64,000 nucleotides of DNA from Eledone cirrhosa (Eukaryota). The translations under genes were made by a program, and so were the position numbers. Below the pieces are notes generated by a model. It saw nothing but the letters and a program-made list of their open reading frames with translations. It was not told the DNA's origin and ran no database searches. The stretch covers positions 158,100,001 through 158,164,000 of the forward strand of contig OZ024740.1 of NCBI GenBank assembly GCA_964016885.1, read 5' to 3'. How positions within the stretch are numbered: the first letter of the stretch is position 1; each line of letters begins with the position of its first letter. This document shows, in pieces, positions 30,610 to 42,124 of this stretch.

Positions 30610-31056
30610 TTATATATATATATATATATATTATGAAGAGAGAAGAAACATTTAGATATAATTAGTAATAAAATGTATCATACCTAACCTGCTCCTAGAT
30701 TCCTCGACTACGTAGTTTCGTGGCATAAACAAAAACAATACATCATAAAGACATAGAGTCCTTGCGAGGTCTGCGGACTTATCAAGAGGATACCTCATTT
30801 TACTAGTCTCAAGAACGCGTCTACACGACGTGAGAAAGAATCCCAAAAGGCGGAGGGGGAGATAGTCACGCGATATAACGGTCGAGAAACAGAGCTAAGC
30901 CTCTTATAACCCCGAAGAAAATACCACGGAGGCGGAGGGGGTATTTATATCGAAGCCGTAGAAGAGGTGGTGAAGGAGGCGAGAAGTATGAGTAATGGAA
31001 GCTTTCCAGCAGTCCCCACACTTCAAAGATTGCTCGACCAGAGGGAGTTATTAACA

Positions 31057-31245
31057 ATATATTTAGAAACACACAGATACATGCGGACACACACATATAC
31101 ATGAATGCATCCGCACCCAACCGTGAGTTAAGGGTGCCAACTTCACCGATGTTGCTCAATGAATGACTGGGACAGACCAATCCGGTTGTGGGTGCGGATG
31201 CATTCATGTATATGTGTGTGTCCGCATGTATCTGTGTGTTTCTAA

Positions 31246-31250
<5 letters not shown>
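31057..31250. repeat. Long inverted repeat ending at (TA)n
   Basis: ~65-bp arms (TATTTAGAAACACACAGATACATGCGGAC...CCGCACCCAACCG) with ~60-nt loop; unique extension to the left (30632-31056). Confidence 0.85.
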
Positions 31251-31285
<35 letters not shown>

Positions 31286-31346
31286 ATACATTCACACATA
31301 TATATACACACACACATATACATATATATACACACACACACACACA

Positions 31347-31560
31347 CATGGCTGAATGGTTAGAGAATTGCATTCGCAATCGTAAGGTTGTGAGTTCGAT
31401 TCCTGGACAGGGCGATGCGTTATGTCCTTGAGCAAGACACTTTATTTCATGTTGCTCCTTCTACCTGGAGTTGCGACCGATAGATAGTATTAGCAATTGG
31501 AAAGACCAACGGAAACATTGTTTCGTCGGTCCGATTTGACGAAAGACGATCGTTCCTTAA
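31347..31560 (+). mobile_element. tRNA-derived SINE, second family
   Basis: TGGCTGAATGG A box, GAGTTCGATTCC B box, TGTCCTTGAGCAAGACACT core; reverse copies at 40213 and 50843. Confidence 0.75.
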
Positions 31561-31705
31561 TATATGTATATATATATATATACACATATACATATACATT
31601 TGTTTGTATATCTATCTATTCCTCTCTATTATATAAATATACACACACATACGTGCATGCATACATAAAATCTCACGCACACACACACACACGCACACAC
31701 ACACA

Positions 31706-31779
<74 letters not shown>

Positions 31780-31789
31780 GTTAGTTACA

Positions 31790-32290
31790 ATATTGTCATA
31801 TAGACGTACTTCAGTTTCGTTGGGTTATTCACCCAAACTCATTCACCCTGTTATGAATAAAAATGGCTTCCCTCGTGATGATTCCAAAATATAGGAGAGT
31901 TCTAAGGGCAGGTAATCCCGATTTTATCTATAAATAGTCAAATCCTACGAATAAGGTACATGAACACGGTGGTAACTATAAAAAACTAAGATAAGCAACT
32001 TTTGTTACACAGGGAGCCGAAGGGCTGAGTTGAAAATTCGAAGAAAATGAATTCAGTTAATCCTGTCTAAACCATTTTCCAGGACGAATTTTGCTTCACG
32101 AGGACTGCGTCTGAAGCAGTCGCGGTTGGTATTTAAGCAGCATTTCCATGAAACCAGTAGCGAGAGTATATTTCTCTTCTCTGAGTTACACAGCTGGCAA
32201 AATTTCGTCACATTGGCATATGGTGTGAACTCCCAATATCCTCCATTTATTGGAGAATTCTGTGCCTTTTTTTCACACGCACACACACAC
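31790..32290 (-). mobile_element. Naiad-like PLE 3' fragment (endonuclease C-terminus + 3' UTR)
   Basis: [22 protein letters not shown]...LN......EAKFVL; inverted duplicate at 32690-32860. Confidence 0.7.
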
Positions 32291-32317
32291 AAATATATAT
32301 ATATATAATATATATAA

Positions 32318-32398
<81 letters not shown>

Positions 32399-32420
32399 TG
32401 TATATATACATATATATACA

Positions 32421-32485
<65 letters not shown>

Positions 32486-33179
32486 TCACAGAATGTGTGA
32501 CGAAAGAACTTTGACAATATATGAACAACCGTCCGGTTATGGAACCAACCAACCAACCGGAAATTTATAAATTCTTAAATTTAGAAATATTTATAATAAA
32601 TTGGAGTGAAAGCAACTGGTGCGTGTGTTTCTTATTGGCAACATGACCCTCCGAAAGCATAACAATATATATATATATATATATATATTTGTGTGTGTGT
32701 GTGTGTGTGTGTCTGTGCGTGTGAAAAAAAGGCACAGAATTCTCCATCAAATGGAGGATATTGGGAGTTCACACCATATGCCAATTTGACGAAATGTTGC
32801 CACCTGTGTAACTCAGAGAAGAGAAATCTACTCTCGCTACTGGTTTCATGGAAATGCTGCGACTGCTTCATCATCTTCACTACCATCATCATCATATCAT
32901 CATCATCATCATCACAATCACCTCCTCCATCACCATGCTGCGACTGCTTCATATACATGAAAATGTGTGCGTAAGTACTTACGCACACATTTTCACCATA
33001 CACATGCATTTGTAGATACACACATATGTACATTTGTGAGTGTATATACATACATATACACATACCCTAACTATATTTCCTTATATTTTTTTTATATATC
33101 TCTTTCATTATTTTTATTTATATATGTTTTGCATTTCTTGAGGAGACTTTCCAAATATTTCACTATGTTTTCAATTGCC

Positions 33180-33242
33180 TTGTCCGACGAACGATGAGGA
33201 CGTTTTTCGTATTCGTCTTATTCGGGAAACCTCTGGTAATGA
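33180..33242 (+). ncRNA. Type I HHR motif, CCGACGA core
   Basis: TTGT CCGACGA ...stem II... GAAA CCTCTGG TA ATGA. Confidence 0.55.
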
Positions 33243-33347
33243 GGTAATTATATTGTATTGTTTATTATACATTAAATTTTGCTCTGGTACTTACATAGAG
33301 CACTCTTCACTCCTATGACTTTTTCAATTTTCAACGGAAACTTCAAT

Positions 33348-33463
<116 letters not shown>

Positions 33464-33519
33464 TACTAATAAAATCATATGCATCCTATGAGTTTCCCTT
33501 CGGTTTTTATTCTTAGTCA

Positions 33520-33972
33520 GGTAGGGGACGGTAGATCAACAGAATCGATAGAGTGTGGACAACATTATTTCCGGCATATAGTTACTGCCCTTTACGTTAT
33601 TAGTTCACATCCCGCCGAGGTTAGCTTTGCCTTTACGGTGTCTATAATATAAAGTACCAGTAACTCACTGGTGTCGATTTAATCGACTTTCTCATTCCCT
33701 TCATATTGCTGGCCTTGTGCCAAAAGTAGAAATAATTACCAGTCAGGTAGAGTGGTGGGGGAATGGCAGAGTCGTTAGAACGTCGGACAAATGCTTACCG
33801 CTATTTATTCTTGGTTTTTAAAGCACCGAGTTCAAATCCCGCCACGGTTAAGTTTGATTTCCATCCTTCCTGAGTCAATCATATAAACTACCAGTTATAT
33901 ACTGAAATCGATGTAATCTACTCCACCCACCCCCAAATACTGGCCTTATGCCAATATTTGAAACAATTATTA
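33520..33972 (+). mobile_element. Two tandem tRNA/Nin-type SINEs
   Basis: Two successive GTTCA.ATCCCGCC...TACCAGT...GGCCTT.TGCCAA...GAAA.AATTA units. Confidence 0.75.
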
Positions 33973-34169
33973 ATCCGGTAACTAATCCATCCATAGATTG
34001 GTACAGCAGTCTTCCAAGTTAGTTTTACGCGTTGAGTCAGGTAGTTATTTAATTCTCAAAACTCTTCCCTCACTCATTTTGGCCCTCTGTGACCCTTTTC
34101 TGTTTTCGATTTTGTTCCAGTTGCTACAACTTTCTTTTTGGTTTTGTGATGCCTGAGTCGTATGCGCGT

Positions 34170-34560
34170 GTCATATCTGTATATGCCGAATTGAATGGTT
34201 GGTAAGAGACCCCCTAGGGTGTCTAATAGATACAGTCCAACCAAATCACGTGCATTATTATTTTCCAATCTTCGTTATCTATGTTATATTTCCTTAAAGA
34301 TCGGAGGGTAAAACTCCACCATGTCTCATTGGATAAACCCATTTCTTTCGTTATCACTGATACTACTAAGCCATCTAATTACCTCCCCATTCTGACTCCA
34401 CAGTGTCAGATTAGTAACCTTTCTAATCTTGATAGTAATTTTCTTTAACATATTTTTGCTAACTAGGTCAACTTCAGATTTTGTAGGATTTATTAATCTA
34501 CTCGTAGGTTTGGAAGCGACGTAATCTTGGGTCTTTAATGGCAATATAGACATAACTTAC
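34170..34560 (-). pseudogene. Decayed Naiad-like PLE reverse transcriptase fragment
   Basis: RLINPTKSE...VSK..L...LW.....VIRW...FIQ*DMVEFYP and DLVGLYLL...GIYRYD. Confidence 0.8.
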
Positions 34561-34931
34561 AAAATCTACCTTATATTAATGTTGAATGTTGTCTCACCGC
34601 CGTAGTGTTTAAATATTAGTCAAAACGTTGATAGAAGGATTTCCAACTCCTTCACTGGCAGAGATATATTCTATAAACCATTCTCTATGGCAACGATGCC
34701 ATAGAAGGAAATGATTCTAAGGAGAAAATTAGCTATAACCCCAGCCCGAAGCTGCCGAAGAGATATCAACTGTCGGCAATAAACTTGTTATAATGTCATA
34801 ATAGTTCCTTTGTTCTTTTTCACTAATATTTCTGCTCTGCGTATACGCATAGAGCTTAACTAGCTACCGTCACATATTTGGTAAGTCAGACGTGATCATC
34901 GCGATTCACATACGACCTACCATACATCTTA

Positions 34932-34968
<37 letters not shown>

Positions 34969-35158
34969 TCGGCAGCTTCAGGCTGGGGTTATAGCTAATT
35001 TTATATATACAGTTTTGGTCTAAAAATTGATGTATTGCCATATTCACACTCTGTCTGTATGTATAGACGTCAGGCAGTGCACTCACCTCAATCATTTTCG
35101 CCTCAACCCTTTGTTGATATATATATAGAGATAGATATATAGATAGATAGATAGATAT

Positions 35159-35225
<67 letters not shown>

Positions 35226-35227
35226 CA

Positions 35228-35415
35228 TAATAATTGTTTCTACTTTTGGCACTAGGCCAGCAAATACCCAGTGTATTACTGGTACTTTATTTTATCGACC
35301 CCGTAAGGATGAAAGGCAAAGTTAACCTCGGCGGGATTTGAACTCGGAATGGCAAGGGCCCTAACTCTATGCGTCAAAGCATGACGTCCGACCCTCTACG
35401 GATACTGCCAATGTG
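35228..35415 (-). mobile_element. tRNA/Nin-type SINE next to (GATA)n
   Basis: Reverse complement of the SINE consensus. Confidence 0.8.
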
Positions 35416-35469
35416 GACTTTCGATGGGTATCGGAAGATGACCATAGTAAAAAGGGTACTTAATACGTT

Positions 35470-36600
35470 ATTAAAGTATAAGCCTCTTTATCATTATTGA
35501 GATGGCGAACGCGTACATCGTGACCGCCTTCTACTACCGCCTGACCGTCGTGCCTTGTCGTAAACCCCGTCTGAATGCACTGGAGCGTTGCGTTTCCCCT
35601 TCCGCTTCTTGGGGGAAGGAACGCGGTCCATCTGCTGTCAACACCCGCTGCGTGGAGGACTGGGAGTTTCATGACTAATGCTACGAAATCTCCATCTTTT
35701 CCTTAACGATGAACAGGTGTGGTCGTCGTTCACCAGATGCATGTTCTCCCAGCTCGTCTCATTAAAGGAACTGTAGTCTTGGGTCAAGCGGAGACCGAGG
35801 GCCAGCGCTTGGAAACTGGAATATCTTCGGGCACTCACGGCCCTCCGCCAATCGGGCAATATGATCGGTGGAAATTCCACCTTTGCAGATGAAAGCGACG
35901 AAAGCGACAGTCGGTCCAAGGTTCATGGATCATTTCCAGAAATCCCTGGCCTCGCAGTGTTACAGAAGAGCTTTGTAAGTTCGAGATAAACTCTATAGGC
36001 ATGGAAATGACGTTAGCCGGTCATGTCCGAGATGCGAATTCGGCTGTGAGCCGAGTCCATTGTGAAGATTGTCCCGCCACCTTCCTTTAGTCAAGAAATG
36101 AAGACTGTTTTCATGCGGCCATGTCGAAAGAGGTTGTATGGTTGACGCGCTTGAAAGAGGTGGAGGCGAGCACTGTACTTTTCGGCGAAGCCCTGATTAA
36201 CTTCTTCAGGTTTCACTTGAAGAGGAAAATCAAGGTGGAGAGGGAAGTGCTGCATTCAAAGCAATTTGTTGAAAGATGGGTGAGATAGGCGAGCATGGCC
36301 CGAGTGAAGCCTGTAGATTAGAGGAGAGCAACTGGGACAGATCACTTGCCCTAGAGATCAGGGCACCCATGGTTTCATGGGGGTAGGGGTATTCCATGTT
36401 TAACCCTTGAACATTTTCTCCCTATTGAGGAAACTCTTTGTTTTAATTTTTATTGTTATATTTTTTAACATTGTTACAATTTGTTTACACGCAAAACCCG
36501 TACATCAATACACACACATACACACGCTATGTTTTCGTCCTGTGCTCTCATAATCTTTTTCTTGATGTAAACCCTTTATGGTTAATAAATAAATCATTAT
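35470..36600 (+). mobile_element. L1/Tx1-like LINE 3' fragment
   Basis: Broken frames FQKSLASQCYRRAL*VRDKLYRHG..VSRSCPRC and KEVVWLTR...LINFFRFHLKRKIKVE...FVERW; ends AATAAA plus (ATT)n. Confidence 0.65.
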
Positions 36601-36618
36601 TATTATTATAATCTATTT

Positions 36619-36750
<132 letters not shown>

Positions 36751-36909
36751 AGTAAACGGAAGAAAACAAAGAAAACAACACAGAACAATAAAGAAATATA
36801 TTAGTTTAACGTTTGATATAGTAGCAAACCTGACTGTCTTTAAGTTTCACTAAAGAATCTTTATTCTTCATTGCTGTTTGTTTCGCTGTTTCCGTTTATT
36901 TATTGCATA

Positions 36910-36950
36910 CTAGCAGAGGTACCCGGCGTTGCCCGGTATAACTCTCAATG
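36910..36950 (-). mobile_element. Helitron 3' terminus
   Basis: Minus: ACCGGGCAACGCCGGGTACCTCTGCTAG|t, nearly the same as 23307-23334. Confidence 0.7.
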
Positions 36951-37290
36951 GAGTAGTCGTTCAAATGAACCGAAAGACTTCCGTTAAACACGACTATAGA
37001 AGTAACAATTTATAGGTGTTGACCCTAAAGATGGCCCTTGAACGTTCGTGTGTGTATGTGCGTGTGCGTGTCTATGTATATGTCTGTACGTGTTTGTGTA
37101 TATGAGCAGATATACGCGTACGCATGTGTGCGTCCATGTAAGCGTGTGCGTGTGCGTGTGTGCGTGTGAGAGCTGATGTACGCGAGCATGTAGGCAGGCG
37201 TCTGTGGACGCGTAAGTTGTTAGTTATATGGTGGTTGTGTGCATGTGTGTGTGTGTATGTGAGTCTGTGTATGTATATATATATATATAT

Positions 37291-37828
37291 AAACGGAAAA
37301 AAATAAACGAAATTTCATTTCTCACTCTTAGTACGGCTGTTACTTAAATATAAGTATGTATACGTACATACATATATGTATACAGACGTACAGTAGTATG
37401 TATATATATATATATACATACATGCACACATATATATATGTACGTATGGATTCACCGAACATTCACTATAATGCTCGGTGTGTTTGTAAACAAACATCCC
37501 GAATTAAGCCGTACAGTGTCTAGCAACCATCGTTGCTCATTTGTTCAACACTGACAAAGAACACTCTACTAGTTTCAAGCTTATTAGCTATCGTCAGCAA
37601 CGTATACCTTCCTGCCAGATTGTTGAACGTCTGAAAGTATATACTTTCCTCATGCATATTAACGGCTGAGCAGCCTAATTTGCATATCGAGTCAGTTCAT
37701 CGGCCGGGGTACCGAAAACGATAAACGGAAAAAATGAAACGAAATTTCATTTCTCCACCTTAGTACGGCTGTTACTTAAATATAAGTATGTATACGTACA
37801 TACATATATGTATACAGACGTACAGTAG

Positions 37829-37904
<76 letters not shown>

Positions 37905-38340
37905 CATGCACACATATATATATGTACGTATGGATTCACCGAACATTCACTATAATGTTCGGTGTGTTTGTAAACAATAGTTGCTGTCATACTGTCCAAA
38001 AGAACGCTGACAAAGGAACGCTGCTCACCCGTTAATATGCATAAGGAAAGTATATACTTTCAGACGTTCAACCATCTGGCAGGAAGGTATACGTTGCTGA
38101 CGATAGCTAATAAGCTTGAAACTAGTACAGCGTTCCTTTGTCAGTGTTGAACAAATGAGCAACGATGGTTGCTAGACACTACGGCTTAATTCGGGATGTT
38201 TGTTTACAAACACACCGAGCATTATAGTGAATGTTCGGTGAATCCATACGTACATATATATATGTGTGCATGTATGTATATATATATATACATACTACTG
38301 TACGTCTGTATACATATATGTATGTACGTATACATACTTA
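37291..38340. mobile_element. Non-LTR retrozyme-like array: ~432-bp non-coding unit, ~1.7 copies on minus then ~0.7 copy on plus
   Basis: Direct repeats start at 37291 and 37723; inversion at ~38020; HHRs at 37561-37603 (-) and 38091-38133 (+). Confidence 0.8.
38091..38133 (+). ncRNA. Intact type I hammerhead ribozyme
   Basis: ACGTTG CTGACGA t agct aata agct t GAAA CTAG TA CAGCGT; stem I extends AGGA/TCCT across a bulge; GUA site 38125-38127. Confidence 0.88.
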
Positions 38341-38638
38341 TATATATATAGGTATATATGTGTATGTATGTGTGTATGTATGTATATTTGTGTGTATGTG
38401 TATATGTGTATGTATGTGTGTGTGTATATGTGTGTGCGAGTGGACTTGTGAAACACCAAACCCAGCATGAATTCATTGAATTGTGACAGCCAGGGGATAG
38501 CTAATGGACAGTATGACCACAACTATTGGCCAGAATTTATGATGACGTAGAAAAACAACAGCCAACAGCAGGACAGGTGAGGAAGATATTTTTCACGCTA
38601 ACACCCCAGTGAGAAAATTTGATCCGGAATTATTGCCA

Positions 38639-38726
38639 GTGTCCGACGAACCTGCAGTTCTAGAATCAGACAGATCCATACAATGATCGTGTCTCGAGCT
38701 GTCTGCCGGCGAAACAATTGTAACAC
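38639..38726 (+). ncRNA. Type I HHR motif, CCGACGA core, long stem II
   Basis: GTGT CCGACGA (61 nt) GAAA CAATTG TA ACAC; mutated paralogues at 46604-46691 (+) and ~44603-44690 (-). Confidence 0.72.
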
Positions 38727-38808
38727 ACAATAAATTGAGTCCAGATGCATCACTGATTTTTCGTTTTATATTATATCACACTCTGATCTGTAAGAACATA
38801 GCTACCAT

Positions 38809-38892
<84 letters not shown>

Positions 38893-39436
38893 ATATTATA
38901 TTATATTGAAAATAAAACCAAACACTGCTAATTATACCATATAATATAATTAGCAGTGTTTGGTTTTATTTACCGCTCTACGCCTATACATGAATGTTCA
39001 TATTAGAAACTCCTGCTTTTCAAAAATAATAAATTGTGTGTAGCCTTATGTACAGTTTATTGTAAAAATCTCGTATTTTGGGGCTGTTATAACTTCTCCA
39101 CCTACAATTATCTGTTTTCGTTTTTGAAAACGAATTACTATATACTATATATATATTATATATTTATTTATTTATATCCGTATGTAGTTGACGAATGAGA
39201 GAAAAGTGTACGCCATACCGAAGTAGATTTTACATGTTCATTTATTATGGCTAAATAGTGAGTTTTGTTACTTTAGAGTTTCACCTACGCACTTGCAGCA
39301 TCATCAGACAAGAATCTTGTCTGAACATAATAAATGAATATATACATACCCCCCCTCCCTCCCCATATATTTATATATGTATATATATATAAACACAGAC
39401 ACACATGTATATATATATATATATATATACACACAC

Positions 39437-39480
<44 letters not shown>

Positions 39481-39483
<3 letters not shown>

Positions 39484-40050
39484 GTTAAATATTGATGCAA
39501 TTCAATTCAAGCACTCAACCTACTTTTTCCACATAGGAGTGACGGAGTAAATATCGAATCAGGAAAAGCGAAGTAGTTTCAGATGTTCAAGTCCTTTAAT
39601 AATAATGCTGTGATATATATTTCAATGGCGACACTGGCCACACTGTTCTGTGTGCGAGTGTCGTGACATCATCAGACAGCTTGTTACATAACAAGGTTAT
39701 GTTTCCGAGGCAATGCAAATTGAATCGACATGGGAACGGATGAAATGCGTGCTTTTGGGTTTATCACCCGTTCCCGTCAACTTCCTTCGGACATACGCAC
39801 GCGCAGACCGGTGGGGGTGAATTGGTACTCAAAGGGGAACGGGTGATAAACCCAAAAGCACGCATTTCATCCGTTCCCATGTCGATTCAATTTGCATTGC
39901 CTCGGAAACATAACCTTGTTATGTAACAAGCTGTCTGATGATGTCACGACACTCGCACACAGAACAGTGTGGCCAGTGTCGCCATTGAAATATATATCAC
40001 AGCATTATTATTAAAGGACTTGAACATCTGAAACTACTTCGCTTTTCCTT

Positions 40051-40055
<5 letters not shown>
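39481..40055 (-). mobile_element. Palindromic element with two HHRs (39607-39680 minus; 39930-40003 plus)
   Basis: 220-bp near-perfect arms 39556-39775 / 39835-40054, 59-nt loop, 75-bp tail. GCTGT CTGATGA ...GAAA TATATA TC ACAGC. Confidence 0.9.
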
Positions 40056-40100
<45 letters not shown>

Positions 40101-40102
40101 TG

Positions 40103-40187
<85 letters not shown>

Positions 40188-40212
40188 GTGTGTGTGTGTA
40201 TATATATACATA

Positions 40213-40455
40213 CAAATTCCCAGAGCTCATTCACTTAACGTGTGGGGTGGAGCTAGTCAAATCGGATCGAGGGAACAACGTTTCCATTGGTCTTTCCAAT
40301 TGCTAATACTATCTGTCGGTCGCAACTCCAGGCAGAAGGAGCAACGTGAAATAGTGTCTTGCTCAAGGACATATCGCATCGCCCAGTCTGGGAATCGAAA
40401 CCATAACTTCACGATTTCGAATCAAATTCTCTAACCACTCAGCCACAAGCCTTCA
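40213..40455 (-). mobile_element. tRNA-derived SINE, second family
   Basis: AGTGTCTTGCTCAAGGACA...GGAATCGAAAC...CTAACCACTCAGCCA; duplicated at 50843-51087. Confidence 0.75.
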
Positions 40456-40660
40456 CATATATATATCAGAATAGAAGCGGTAAAAACCAGTTAGGCCATT
40501 ACTCATCAGAATACTCGATACTTGGTGTAGTAGAGTGGGTAATATGAAAGAAATTCGGGACCCCGAGGGCTGAGCTCCTGCCATTTCGACAGATCTAGCT
40601 GTGTTGAACCTTCAGGTGCTCAGTCGCCGGGGTCCCGAATTCTTTTCCGAAGGAGGTGGA

Positions 40661-40696
<36 letters not shown>

Positions 40697-41257
40697 ATAT
40701 GGGTGAGAAGAATACTGCTGGTTGCACATGGATAACATGTTATAAAATGAGTCCCTCATCAGTGATTTACCAAACGATCATGGGTATTTCATCGCATTAA
40801 AAATCATATACCTCACGTTGGAGCGATAATAACTAAAATAAGTTATTAGGACAATAGAAACGCGTGAAGCGAGTGAGACAAGTAAACAACACAGGGGGAA
40901 GCTAACCGAAGATGGAAATAAACACAAGCAACATAGTTATTCTTTCAGCATAAGCTGTGTGAATATATGAGCGAGTCAGAAAAAAGACCTTTCGCTAGTG
41001 AATCCGGTGTTAGAAAGAATGAAAACCGTTTTCCCAGCGAACGGGAGGAAGAAAGAAGGGGAGAAACAGGGACTGAGTGAGTGGGAGTGCGAGGAAGAGG
41101 TCAGTAGAGAGAAAGAGTTAACTGACGTGGCAGAGGGGACGAAAGAAAGTAAGAGAAACAGAGAGAACGAGGGAGCAGTAAGAGAGAAAGAGAGAAACAC
41201 AGAATTGCAGTTTGGGTAAATATATGAAAATATGGGTGAGAAGAATACTGCTGGTTG

Positions 41258-41293
<36 letters not shown>

Positions 41294-41297
<4 letters not shown>

Positions 41298-41468
41298 AGA
41301 GAGTATGACCCCGACGGCAGAGCTCAAGCCGTTTCGACAACTATTTCCGTCGAAACGGCTTGAGCTCTGCTGTCGGGGTCATACACTCTCCTATTACCCA
41401 CTCTACTACCTACCCTAAGTATTGAGTACTCTGGTGCGTTATGGTTCCTTACCACAACTCCTCTGTTA
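41294..41468 (+). mobile_element. Fold-back mini-element, family A
   Basis: ~45-bp arms around a 10-nt loop plus the family A tail; TA-flanked. Confidence 0.85.
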
Positions 41469-41521
41469 TATATATATATATTTATATATATATATATATA
41501 TATACACATATATATATATAC

Positions 41522-41586
<65 letters not shown>

Positions 41587-41638
41587 CATTTACATATATA
41601 TATATATATACATATATTATATATACATATATATATAT

Positions 41639-42105
41639 AGTAATAATAATAAATTTGAAGACTAAAATCCAACGAGGGCTCGATATATTAGATATATAAG
41701 AACCGTAGAGAAAATATTCATGTGTTTTTTTTTGTATACGTGCTTGTATTTGCATACCCATGGCAAGTGTTTTCGCGTATGCTTGTGTATATATGTATAT
41801 GGATGCGTGTATTATATATTTAATTTCAATTACCTCTGTATTTTATTTACTTTATTCTTAACTCTGAAGCCGAGAATCATTCGGTTTCCTAGTTAGAATT
41901 TTAGTCTATGACTTCTGTTATACCATTTACGTGGTTTTGTCTTTGCGTGTAATTGTTCTCCACGCTCCACATATGACGTATTATCTTCGTTTTTTCCGTT
42001 CATTGCCAGAGAACGTCTCCATGAACCATCTCATCGAATATCAGTCTACGACTTCATTTACACCATAAACGTGGTTTTGTCTTTGCGTGTAATTGTTTTC
42101 ACTGC
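41639..42105 (+). mobile_element. PLE1 3' UTR fragment capped by the inverted PLE1 tail
   Basis: 41639-41718 is the reverse complement of the tail at 24110-24203; 41760-42100 matches 9770-10090 and 26270-26610. Confidence 0.82.
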
Positions 42106-42124
42106 ATATATATATATATATACA

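Larger units (their letters stand above)
38568..40665 (+). repeat. Segmental duplication copy 1 (copy 2 at 46532-51297)
   Basis: 38568-39345 matches 46532-47330 and 40205-40665 matches 50838-51297; the middles are different insertions. Confidence 0.9.
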
